Part shown: positions 9,785 to 18,796 of the stretch, one piece after another
Layout of the letters: each line of letters starts with the position of its first letter
How positions within the stretch are numbered: position 1 is the stretch's first letter
DNA from: Sedimentisphaerales bacterium
Lineage (GTDB): Bacteria > Planctomycetota > Phycisphaerae > Sedimentisphaerales > SM23-30
Assembly: GCA_963663965.2 (NCBI GenBank)
Contig: CAXXFK010000015.1
Location: forward strand, 64,001 to 128,000
DNA length: 64,000 nt
Direction: 5' to 3'
The notes under the pieces: generated by a model
What the model saw: only the letters and a program-made list of their open reading frames with translations
What the model was told of the DNA's origin: nothing
Databases searched by the model: none
Made by a program: the position numbers and the translations under genes

Positions 9785-9896
9785 GATATCAATCATCGTG
9801 AACGCTTAAAGTTTATTCATATGTTTTATTGGCAGATTTTATTATATATTATTGATCTATTATATTAATTTTTTGAATCATCATAGGAGTTTTATC

Positions 9897-10673
9897 ATGA
9901 ATAGAAACATTATTACCAGGATTACAATTATTGCCTTTATGTTTTCCTTGATATCCGGATGCTCGCATTATATCGCTCCCAATATGGGAGTGGATATGAA
10001 GCTGTTTTTTGATGAAAGCCAGTATGAGTGGCCGGATTCGAATACTTTATCGCTGACGTTAAAGCCCAAAGCGAGCGTACCAGCCCGGATTGCCATCGCA
10101 CGGGTGCAGTCGCCGGGTTACCATGAGTACGCTGCCAAGTCATTTGGCCAGGGTAATTACAGTATTGTCACGGTACGGGATATCGAAGAGGACAGCGATA
10201 TCGAAGCGATGCAAAAACTGGATGACATTGAAGGATTGTTTTATCTGAACCGGATGATGCTCGGTTCACAGAAACTGGATACTGACCGGGAACTGCGGGT
10301 GGCGGCGGCACGAATGGGCGCTGAGTGGCTTTTGATTTATACGGTGGAAACCGATTACCTGTCGGAAGACATGTCCAAACCGCTGAGTGTGATCAGCCTG
10401 GGAATATCGCCGACTGTAGTGGTGAATATGGATTGCTCGGTACCGGCGATATTAATGGATACCCAGACGGGTTATGTTTACAGCGCAATGGAAGGAACCG
10501 CTCGACACAAACAGCTATGTGCCTGGTGGACCAACCAGAGCGCCATCGATCAGTCACGCCGCCAGGCCGAACGAGAAGCCTTTAAGGATCTGGTCACCCA
10601 GTTTAAGAGTAGCTGGCCGCAGATTGTCACTGGACGAAAATTGGTTTCTACGGAAATCAGTCTAAATCAATAG
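9897..10673 (+). CDS. Hypothetical lipoprotein, resembles the rhombotarget-lipoprotein type
   Basis: Lipobox LISGC; PARIAIA, LR.AAAR.GA..LL.Y, D..TG.VY motifs; AGGAG RBS. Confidence 0.55.
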   Translation: MNRNIITRITIIAFMFSLISGCSHYIAPNMGVDMKLFFDESQYEWPDSNTLSLTLKPKASVPARIAIARVQSPGYHEYAAKSFGQGNYSIVTVRDIEEDSDIEAMQKLDDIEGLFYLNRMMLGSQKLDTDRELRVAAARMGAEWLLIYTVETDYLSEDMSKPLSVISLGISPTVVVNMDCSVPAILMDTQTGYVYSAMEGTARHKQLCAWWTNQSAIDQSRRQAEREAFKDLVTQFKSSWPQIVTGRKLVSTEISLNQ

Positions 10674-10755
10674 ACTGGACTGGCCGTAAATGTATTCGGA
10701 TGTTTAACTAAAAATTCCACAGGGTTCTCAAATTGCTACCAAAATTAAACAGCCA

Positions 10756-10787
10756 AACCACTAATCAACACAAATAGACACCAATAA
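10756..10787 (-). repeat. 32-bp REP-like repeat, copy 1
   Basis: Reverse complement matches 38380-38411 at 26/32 positions. Confidence 0.65.
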
Positions 10788-10866
10788 GAGCCTGTGGCTA
10801 GAATAACCAGGCAATGAAACTGATACTTTGTTTCTCAAGAAGATTACATAATCGTTTATTGCGATT

Positions 10867-10921
10867 TAATCCACTTTTATAAATAGGGTTATGGACGAAT
10901 TTGGTGTCATTGGGTTCGTTT
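10867..10921 (+). repeat. Composite repeat copy A: TAAT-N17-GTTA, N18, TTGGGTTCGTTT
   Basis: Same architecture and spacing as 11164-11218, 38125-38178 and 38312-38366. Confidence 0.7.
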
Positions 10922-11163
10922 GGCGCAGCCAATTATCTCATCATAAGCGTATTCCGTCATATCACACATTGGCTTCGTTCGGTAGCCGGGAGATGTTATA
11001 TTCATACCAGTATCAAGGTCATATTAGTTGCCCCCCAACTTTAGAGGGGTAACTATCCCTGTAATTCTCTGGCTAATATGGACAGGTCGGCTTCAATCGA
11101 TAAATGCCAAAATTTGTTCCAAATAGTATGAAATCGTGAAGTGAATCACCGGCAATTTGATTA

Positions 11164-11218
11164 TAAGATATTATAATCATGATGGTTATGAACGGAATTG
11201 AGTTCATTGGCTTCGTTT
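11164..11218 (+). repeat. Composite repeat copy B: TAAG-N17-GTTA, N18, TTGGCTTCGTTT
   Basis: Same architecture as copy A; a lone 12-mer TTGGCTTCGTTC also lies at 10969-10980. Confidence 0.7.
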
Positions 11219-11583
11219 CGCAAATGACCCTATCAATTAGAGCAAAGGACGGCTGAAAATTATTTAGTTTTCAAAGAACATAACGACACAATTTACCGCT
11301 TATTTAATAGCCTTGTCGATAGGAAAAGTCCAGTGATTATTCGATTATTTTCTGCTAGAAACCATCTTTTTAACAAGTTGCTTTATCTTATTGATAGTAA
11401 ACTATTTACAGATTCAGAATTCTTAACCTGATGAGTGTTTTTTCCATATCAGACCATAATCAGCAAATAACTTTGAATCAGGTAAGTTATGTTATTAGTA
11501 CTTAAGTATTTGATAGCAAACGGATAAAATCGGGTATCCGTTTTGCTGTGTGAGTTATTGTTCCCGGTTAAGAAGGTTAAGCT

Positions 11584-14265
11584 ATGGTTAAGGCACGAAT
11601 AATCCGGTTCATGACAGTGGTGGTGGCCGGGATCATGGTCCATGCGGTTGCGGCCAAGACTTTGATTGAGTGGGATTTCAGTAAGGGAACTCAGGGCTGG
11701 ACCGGAAACCAGATGGTCAAGCCATTACGGGTGACTGATGAAGGTATTGTTGTTGAGTCGGAGGGAAATGATCCATGGATTGAAGGGCCGGGAGTTGATA
11801 TACCGGCCGGTTATGTAGCCAAGGTGATCATCCGGGCACGAACCAGCGCCGATGGGTATGGGCAAGTATTCTTTGGGCCGTCCTTCACAGCGGAACGAGC
11901 GAGAAACGTTCTCTTGGATCCTGATGACCAGTGGCATGAATACCATGTGATTGTCGCGGGTGGTCTGGGACCGAAAACACGGTTCCGGTTCGATCCGTGT
12001 ACCAATGTCGGGCAGACGATTGTCAAGTCGATTCGTATTGACTTAATCGCCGAAGCCAAACCGCCGGTCTGGAATAAACCGCGTCGAATTGCTACGGAAT
12101 CCGCATCATCGGCCTGTGGCACAGATCGGCTTGGATTACGATTTTCGGAGGATTTCTGGGGATCGTTTTCTGTACTGGTGAATGGACGGAATATGGCGTC
12201 GGGGTACTCCGGTGAACAGGTCAGCGTTCTGGTTAACGATCAAATCGAACATATCCCGCTGGAGGGAATCCGGGCAAAGGTTACGAAAGAAGGCCCGGTT
12301 CTGGAAACGCGTGTCCGATTCCGCGATAGTGGTCAGGCCAACTGGCAGTTGAGCCGGCGGTTTGAACCAATGGCCGACGGTGGCGCGATCAAAGTCACGG
12401 TGAGTGTAGCCGTGGATAAAGACCGGGGATTGTTGGGGATGCCCTGGCTGACTCTGCTGGGTGGATTTGGAACTTATGGAACCCACAAACATCAGGCGGT
12501 TTTTGCCGGATTGGAATACCTGGGTGATGAACCCTCGAGCAGTCAAGCGGATCTGACCGTATCTGCGCATGTGAGACGGATTCCCGATCCGATAAAAATC
12601 ACTTTTCCGTTGATGGCGATTGAACATGAAGGCAGCTATGTCGGATTGATCTGGGAGAAGTCGCCGCTGGTGGCGGCGGGATTCGATTCTCCTGATACCT
12701 TGTTTGGATCGGGGGCCCAGGTCATGTGGCTTTCGGGGCCGAATGTGGGGCCGTTGCGGTTTGAAAACGATTTGATCGGTCATTCGCCGATGGATGTTAA
12801 AGCCGGTCAATCTCTGGTTATAAACGCCTGGATCATCGGGGGTAAGGGTGACAGTGTGGTTCCGGCAGTACAGCAGTATACCTCACTTTGCGGTTTTCCC
12901 GAGTTGCCTCATTTTGAGGGCGGTTATGCCCAAGCGACTGAACGGCTGGCGCATGGCTGGCTGGATTCCGGGGCAAATTGCGATTTTCTGTTTCGCCATG
13001 CCGTCTGGGGCAGCAGTTTCGGGCCGGGTCCTGCCGCTGACGCGGCGATGTATATGCACTGGCTGGCAGGAACAGTCAACGATGCAGCACTGGCAGAACG
13101 GCTGCGTCAAGGCGTCAACACAACCTTAAGTAAACTGAGTCCGGGCGATTTATTTAATAGCGGCGTATCGCATGTTCGACTGCTGACGCCCTCGCTGCTA
13201 TTTGGCCGGGTTGATGAACTGGTCCAGTTGCGCCGACGCGAAGCGCTGGCCCAACTGAAGCGATTCGACAACCAGGGACGATTGATATATGAACCAGTGA
13301 ATGGCCGGGAAGACTATGGCAAGACCCATTTTGCCAATCATGCCAATGGATATGGCGGGGTTCATCTGGCCAATATTCTGGAAAATGCCGCCTTATGCGG
13401 CGATAAGGACCTGACCCAATCCGCCCTGGCATTGCTGGATAAACAGGCCGCGCTTTATGCCAATAGTGTGCCACGAGGCGGGCAGACCTGGGAGATTCCA
13501 TTGCATACCCCGGATATCATGGCATCGGCCCATATGACTAAGGCCTATGTTTACGGGTATCTACTCAGCAATAAAGCGGAGTACCTGGACGAGGCGCGTT
13601 ACTGGGCGTGGACGGGAGTGCCATTTGTTTACCTGGTCAATCCGACCGATGGTCCGGTTGGGGATTATGCCACGATTGCCGTACTGGGAGCTACCAGTTG
13701 GGTGGCCCCGATCTGGCTGGGGCAGCCGGTCCAATGGTGCGGTCTGGTTTACGGGGCCTCGCTGGACCTGCTGGCGGATTATGATCCGGAGGGTCCATGG
13801 CGACGATTATCCAGCGGGATCACGATAACCGGAATGCAGATGAGCTGGCCGGAGAGCGATACGGTCCGACAGGGATTACTGCCGGACTTTTATCATTTGC
13901 GCCGACAGGTGAGTGATGGTCCGGCAATTAATCCGGGAACGGTGGGTTCGCATCTTCCCGAGGCATTTGGTCAGGCGCCATTATATGTATTAAAAAAAAT
14001 CAAGAGCCGCCCGTGGCTGCTGCACGCTCCCTGTGACATCAGTGAGATACGGGAAACACCCCAAAAGGTTTCATTTCGGAGTCATGGGGTCGGTGAAGAT
14101 GGGTATTATCTGCTGCTGAGTGGGTGTAGGAAAGAACCGGAAGAGATTACTTTTTCACCACAAAGTTCCGGCTCGGAGAAATTTTCATATCAATACTATG
14201 AGCCGGGATTCCTGGTTATTCAGGTTAAAGGGGATACGACTGTCACTATCGAAACTGTGAAATAA
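11584..14265 (+). CDS. Large secreted hypothetical protein, possible carbohydrate-active enzyme
   Basis: 893-aa ORF with signal peptide; N-terminal CBM-like Trp/Phe-rich beta domain; helical C-terminal half rich in aromatic residues. Confidence 0.6.
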   Translation: MVKARIIRFMTVVVAGIMVHAVAAKTLIEWDFSKGTQGWTGNQMVKPLRVTDEGIVVESEGNDPWIEGPGVDIPAGYVAKVIIRARTSADGYGQVFFGPSFTAERARNVLLDPDDQWHEYHVIVAGGLGPKTRFRFDPCTNVGQTIVKSIRIDLIAEAKPPVWNKPRRIATESASSACGTDRLGLRFSEDFWGSFSVLVNGRNMASGYSGEQVSVLVNDQIEHIPLEGIRAKVTKEGPVLETRVRFRDSGQANWQLSRRFEPMADGGAIKVTVSVAVDKDRGLLGMPWLTLLGGFGTYGTHKHQAVFAGLEYLGDEPSSSQADLTVSAHVRRIPDPIKITFPLMAIEHEGSYVGLIWEKSPLVAAGFDSPDTLFGSGAQVMWLSGPNVGPLRFENDLIGHSPMDVKAGQSLVINAWIIGGKGDSVVPAVQQYTSLCGFPELPHFEGGYAQATERLAHGWLDSGANCDFLFRHAVWGSSFGPGPAADAAMYMHWLAGTVNDAALAERLRQGVNTTLSKLSPGDLFNSGVSHVRLLTPSLLFGRVDELVQLRRREALAQLKRFDNQGRLIYEPVNGREDYGKTHFANHANGYGGVHLANILENAALCGDKDLTQSALALLDKQAALYANSVPRGGQTWEIPLHTPDIMASAHMTKAYVYGYLLSNKAEYLDEARYWAWTGVPFVYLVNPTDGPVGDYATIAVLGATSWVAPIWLGQPVQWCGLVYGASLDLLADYDPEGPWRRLSSGITITGMQMSWPESDTVRQGLLPDFYHLRRQVSDGPAINPGTVGSHLPEAFGQAPLYVLKKIKSRPWLLHAPCDISEIRETPQKVSFRSHGVGEDGYYLLLSGCRKEPEEITFSPQSSGSEKFSYQYYEPGFLVIQVKGDTTVTIETVK

Positions 14266-14330
14266 CGAGTTATGGCCCGGGTGGTTTTCGATACTTGCCC
14301 GGGCCAAACATTTTCCCTGGGTATTGATGA

Positions 14331-14669
14331 TTAATGATCGCAGACGTTTTGTCCGGGTTTGAGAACGCCCTGCATCCAGGCATGAACCAGGTTGTCAGGG
14401 GTGTTGGCCGGAGCGCCGACGAGGACATCGATCTGATTTTGCTGGAAGAGCTGCTGGGCCCGCTGGCCCATACCGCCGGCAATAATCATTTGCGCGCCCC
14501 TTTCCGCCAGCCAGCGCGGTAAGAGGCCAGGTTCATGGGGCGGCGGGGTAACCATTTCGGTGGCGATGATGGTTTTCTGATCGGGATCGACGGTTACCAG
14601 GGCAAATTGTTCACAATGCCCAAAGTGCATACAGAGCTGTCCATCGGCAGTTGGGATGGCAATTTTCAT
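14331..14669 (-). CDS. NifB/NifX-family (FeMo-cofactor-binding-like) protein
   Basis: MKIAIP, HFGHCEQF, PPPHEPG, GGMG, C-terminal CDH. Confidence 0.85.
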   Translation of the reverse strand: MKIAIPTADGQLCMHFGHCEQFALVTVDPDQKTIIATEMVTPPPHEPGLLPRWLAERGAQMIIAGGMGQRAQQLFQQNQIDVLVGAPANTPDNLVHAWMQGVLKPGQNVCDH

Positions 14670-14706
14670 GGAATATACTCCTGAGAAAGATTTAAACTAG
14701 GAATTA

Positions 14707-15543
14707 TTATTGGTTGGTCTTATTGATTATTGTTGAAACAATATTTTCGAGTTTGGTTTTAATTAATGCTGAGCTATTGGAATCGTTGACGGTCTGGCCG
14801 GAATCGGCGCCTTCGGCAATTGCGGGGTCAATGGGCAATGAGCCCAACAGGTCGATTTGAGCCTGGGAAGCCAGTTCACTACCGCCATTATTCGATCCGA
14901 AAATACGGACCTGATTACCACAATGCGGACAGGGCAAAAAAGCCATATTTTCGATAAGGCCATAAATGGGCAAATTAAGTTGACGACAAAACGTCACACA
15001 ACGTCGGACATCGTCGATAGCGATTTGCTGAGGGGTGGTTACGAGGACGGCAGCAGCGCCTTTACCAACGAGTTGCGCCGCACTTAAGGGTTCGTCGCCG
15101 GTACCGGGAGGCGCATCGATAATCAGATAATCCAGATCGCCCCAGCGGGTATCGGCCAGCAGTTTCTGGATAACCGAGTTTTTCATGGGACCGCGCCAGA
15201 TAACGGCGTTGTCGGCATGATCCAGCAGAAACGCAACCGACATGACTTTCAGCTGTTCAGATACCTGCAGAGGGACAATCTGTTCATTTTCAACGTAGCA
15301 ATGGCGGCCTGCCAGGCCAACCATACGGGGAACGGTGGGACCATGCAGATCGACATCGAGCAATCCAACCTGAAAACCCTGGCGGGCCAGTTCGCTAGCA
15401 AGATTGACCGCGACCGTTGTTTTGCCTACGCCGCCCTTTCCGGATAGAACCAGAATTTTATTTTTAATCGCCGCCATCGAATCTTGAAGCTTTCGGGCAT
15501 CGGTATGCGGATGGGTTGCGGAACTGGAAGGCTGTTGAGTCAT
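14707..15543 (-). CDS. Mrp/NBP35/ApbC Fe-S cluster carrier ATPase
   Basis: SGKGGVGKT, DVDLHGP, WRGP, DAPPGTGDE, ENM...CPHC. Confidence 0.92.
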   Translation of the reverse strand: MTQQPSSSATHPHTDARKLQDSMAAIKNKILVLSGKGGVGKTTVAVNLASELARQGFQVGLLDVDLHGPTVPRMVGLAGRHCYVENEQIVPLQVSEQLKVMSVAFLLDHADNAVIWRGPMKNSVIQKLLADTRWGDLDYLIIDAPPGTGDEPLSAAQLVGKGAAAVLVTTPQQIAIDDVRRCVTFCRQLNLPIYGLIENMAFLPCPHCGNQVRIFGSNNGGSELASQAQIDLLGSLPIDPAIAEGADSGQTVNDSNSSALIKTKLENIVSTIINKTNQ

Positions 15544-15546
15544 GGA

Positions 15547-17443
15547 TTAATCCTTATTCTGTATTGTTGAGCAATATTCATTGGGATCGGTTGAATTTTT
15601 CAGTCCGATTTGATCGATAATCGCAGTCCAGATTGATTGAATCTGACCGGCTATTACGCTATCTGGAGCATATTCGAGAATGGTCCGGCCGGCCTGCTGG
15701 GCATCGATAACGATGGTGTCATAGGGTAACTCCCCGAGCAGGACCGCGCCACGCTTGAGTGTTTCAGCACGGATCGTTTGAGAGATGGCGTGATTCAGGT
15801 CGGCTTTGTTGATAATGACACCGGAAGGCACCTTGAAATGTCCGGTCAGTTCGAGTATTCGTTGCAGGTCGTGGCAACCGGAAACCGTGGGCTCGGTAAC
15901 AATCACAGCCAGTCGCGTCCCCCCTACTGAGGCAATTACCGGGCAACCGGTCCCGGGCGAGCCATCCAGGATGATGGGCTTGTCAATATTTCGGGCCGGC
16001 ATTTTTTCGGCGGCATGACGCCGGACCAGGGTTACGAGTTTGCCGGAGTTTTCCTGGCCGGGTTCGAGCGTGGCATGGCTCATGAAACCCAGGCGAATCT
16101 GTGACCAGTACCAGCGGCCATTGTCAACGTGATGCTCGGCAATGGCGCCCTTGGGACAAACCAGCAGGCAGGCGCCACAACCTTCGCATTCCTGCTCATC
16201 AATCCAGGGGGATTGTGGGCCGTCGCCGCCCCGCACAGCCTGCCACTGGCAGATTTCAGCGCATTTACCACATCGCACGCACAGTTCCGGAACGATGGCC
16301 ATCACACGGCCGCCGGTAAATACATCGCTGTGAATGACCTGAGGTTCCATCAATAGATGCATATCGGCGGCATCCACATCACAATCGGCCAGAGTGGCCT
16401 GGCCGAGTTGAGCGAAACAGGCTGCCAGTGAGGTTTTGCCGGTACCCGCCTTTTCCGCTGATCACGACGATTTCCATTGGCGAGCTATGGGATTTGTTAC
16501 TGGGTTCTATATTGGTTAGTGAGGAGTCGTTCAGTGGGTAAAATAATTCCGCTTCCTGCCGGCGGCTAGTTTGTTCATCGATCAGGTTATCCGAACGCGG
16601 TTCAGTCAGAATTTTATTGGCAATTGCTTCAAATGTTGTATTTAAACCGGGAACTTCATCGAGCGGGATAATCCCACGCGAGTAGAGTTCTGCGATACGG
16701 CGATCATCAGGCAATTCCCCTATCACTGTTAAGGCGTTATCCTGACACCACTGCCGCAAGCCGGCCAGATCGCCAATATCGGCGCGATTGATTAATACCA
16801 GAGGCTCTATGGATAGAGACCGGCATAAATGGACGGACAACTTCAAATCGTGCCAGCCGAATCGGGTGGGATCGCAGACTAATACAACACGGTCAGCATT
16901 CCGAATCGTATGCACAACGGCGCAACTGGTTCCGGGCGGCGAATCCAGAATTGCCAGTTCCCTGGGGGAAATTCTGGTAATCAACTGTTCGATTAACCGG
17001 ACAGTCATCCCCCCGGCTCCAGGCGCCAGCGTTGACCAGTACAGGTTAATGGAATCGATCTGGCCACGAAAGCTGGCGCCGATATGGCGCTGATCCACCA
17101 AAAGCGCATCATGCTGGCAAATCTCCTGACAGGCCAGACACCACCGGCAGAGTTCAGGAAAAGCCATGGCCGAACTTTTACCCACGGTCAGGGCATTGAA
17201 GTAGCAGACCCGGGCACAATCGCCACAATAGACACATTTGTCGGGATCGACGCCACTGATCGTTGGAATGAACTGCTCTTCGCTTTGGACTTCCAGTGGT
17301 TGAAGAAACAGATGCGCGTTGGGCGCTTCCACATCGCAGTCGATAAACTGGAGCGTTTGATATCGCGCCAGCAGCCGCGCCAGACAGGTGGCAACCAAAG
17401 TTTTGCCTACGCCACCCTTACCGCTGGTTATTGCTATTTTCAC
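15547..17443 (-). pseudogene. Fusion of two MinD-like ATPases with inserted 4Fe-4S ferredoxin domains (COG1149 type), +1 frameshift at 16445-16447
   Basis: Domain 1: SGKGGVGKT, DCDVEAPN, CxxCxxCxxxC, DSPPGTSC. Domain 2 starts in frame (MEIVVISGKGG); removing one G restores T-GKTSLAACF...ADCDVDAAD and joins ORF 15547-16377. May be a sequencing error. Confidence 0.8.
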
Positions 17444-17702
17444 TGGCAGTTCTCAACGCTCTGATTTCATTTTTCAGTTCTTCGATCTGTTCCTGCAATT
17501 GATCCATACGATCATCCTGGGGTGCCATCGCGCTTTGTTGCCAAAAGCGAAAGCGTTGGCGACCACCCGCATTGAAACCACGCCCGCCACCTCTGGAATA
17601 ATTGCCTTGTCGTCCGTAAGCCATTCCGGCGCCGCATGGTCCTAATCCACGACCGGTCATGGGGCCCTGACCGGCAGGTCCTGTTCTGTCATATCCCGGC
17701 AT
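17418..17702 (-). CDS. DUF5320-type small Gly-rich protein with coiled-coil tail
   Basis: MPGYDRTGP.GQGPMTGRGLGPC N-terminus; C-terminal coiled coil. Confidence 0.8.
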   Translation of the reverse strand: MPGYDRTGPAGQGPMTGRGLGPCGAGMAYGRQGNYSRGGGRGFNAGGRQRFRFWQQSAMAPQDDRMDQLQEQIEELKNEIRALRTASENSNNQR

Positions 17703-17759
17703 AATTAATCTCCTTATTTATATGTAAATTTTGGTTCGTGTTAATTATTTGATACAGGA

Positions 17760-18122
17760 TTACCAATGTCCCTGGACATTGGCATTTTGTAACTCATCCA
17801 ATTGATTCTGTTGAAACGCGAGCAATGCCTGGGCTAAAGTCTGGTTGGGATCGACCTGGTAAACCCTGACACCGGCGTTTTGTAATGCCGCCATGGCCTT
17901 GGGGCCGACATTGCACGCAATCAGGACATCGGCATTTAAATCAAGGACTGTCTGGGCGGCCTGGATACCGGCGCCCTGAACGGCCTGCCGATCCTGCTCA
18001 TTGCCGATAAAACGCCATTGATCAGTCTGGTCATCAAATACAGCAAAACAGAAGGCCCGGCCAAAACGGGAATCGACTCTGGCCTGGGCATCACTTGAAC
18101 TTGCACATACTACAATTATCAT
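17760..18122 (-). CDS. NifB/NifX-family protein
   Basis: RFGRA..F, GAGIQAAQ, NVGPKA, C-terminal ANVQGHW. Confidence 0.85.
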   Translation of the reverse strand: MIIVVCASSSDAQARVDSRFGRAFCFAVFDDQTDQWRFIGNEQDRQAVQGAGIQAAQTVLDLNADVLIACNVGPKAMAALQNAGVRVYQVDPNQTLAQALLAFQQNQLDELQNANVQGHW

Positions 18123-18517
18123 AATTCGTTCTCCATAGTGGATTGATTTTCGCTATTATCGCTCCGCTGCCCGCGACCACATTGGCCATGACGACCCTGA
18201 CGATGACGGCCGGGGCAGACCTGTGATTGAATCGTTTCGGGCCCGCCGCCTATTTCCAGCGCACAGCCTTCAACCAAGGCATCAGCAATTTTTTTGCGGG
18301 CTGACGCATAGATCCGAGTGACTGTGGGACGGGATACGCCCATCTGCTGGGCGGCCTGCTCCTGATCCATTCCAAGGTGATCAATCAGGCGGATTGATTC
18401 ATATTCATCCAGATTTAACTGGATCCAATTTAAGCCGCGAGCAGGAATACCGGCAGGTTTATAGATTATGGCTGTCGGGCGGCCATTGACGCAACGTCTT
18501 TTAAAAGGTCTGGGCAT
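18119..18517 (-). CDS. DUF134-domain HTH protein, probable operon regulator
   Basis: MPRP.KRR, YKPAG, E.IRL.D, QE.AA..MGVSR.T..RI..AR.KIADAL. Confidence 0.88.
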   Translation of the reverse strand: MPRPFKRRCVNGRPTAIIYKPAGIPARGLNWIQLNLDEYESIRLIDHLGMDQEQAAQQMGVSRPTVTRIYASARKKIADALVEGCALEIGGGPETIQSQVCPGRHRQGRHGQCGRGQRSDNSENQSTMENEL

Positions 18518-18543
18518 GACTTACTCAGTATTAATGAATATCA

Positions 18544-18594
18544 TTATGAACATATGTTCATAACAAGTGTAACACATTATTAAATAAATGCAAA
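18544..18594 (-). promoter_or_regulatory. Perfect 20-bp palindrome TTATGAACATATGTTCATAA next to a promoter for the DUF134 operon
   Basis: Palindrome 18544-18563; minus-strand TACACT 18566-18571 and TTTGCA 18589-18594 with 17-nt spacing. Confidence 0.7.
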
Positions 18595-18796
18595 CTTAAA
18601 TTTATAATTATTTCATTACCCTTTGCTGTACAATCAGTTATAGAATTTTACCAAACAGCAACTTGTAAGTTAAGAAAACTTCTAAAAAATCCTGAGTTTG
18701 CGTTAATACCCTATCTCGAGGAGAATATTAAACAGCCGAAAACAGGAATGACTCCCATTTCCGGCTGATTTGATTGTTTTCATCCAGCAACAAATC

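Noticed and set aside
10674..11583. Possible CRISPR array or ncRNA in the 900-bp intergenic region
   Set aside because: Repeats are short, few and irregularly spaced, and no cas genes are present; only an isolated hairpin (11025-11055) without a recognisable RNA family
16441..16460. Programmed ribosomal frameshift in the fused ATPase
   Set aside because: No canonical slippery heptamer at the break; a single-base insertion is the simpler explanation
14331..18517. Nitrogen fixation cluster
   Set aside because: NifX-like and MinD-like genes are present, but no nifHDK or nifEN; the gene set matches the widespread DUF134/Mrp Fe-S operon
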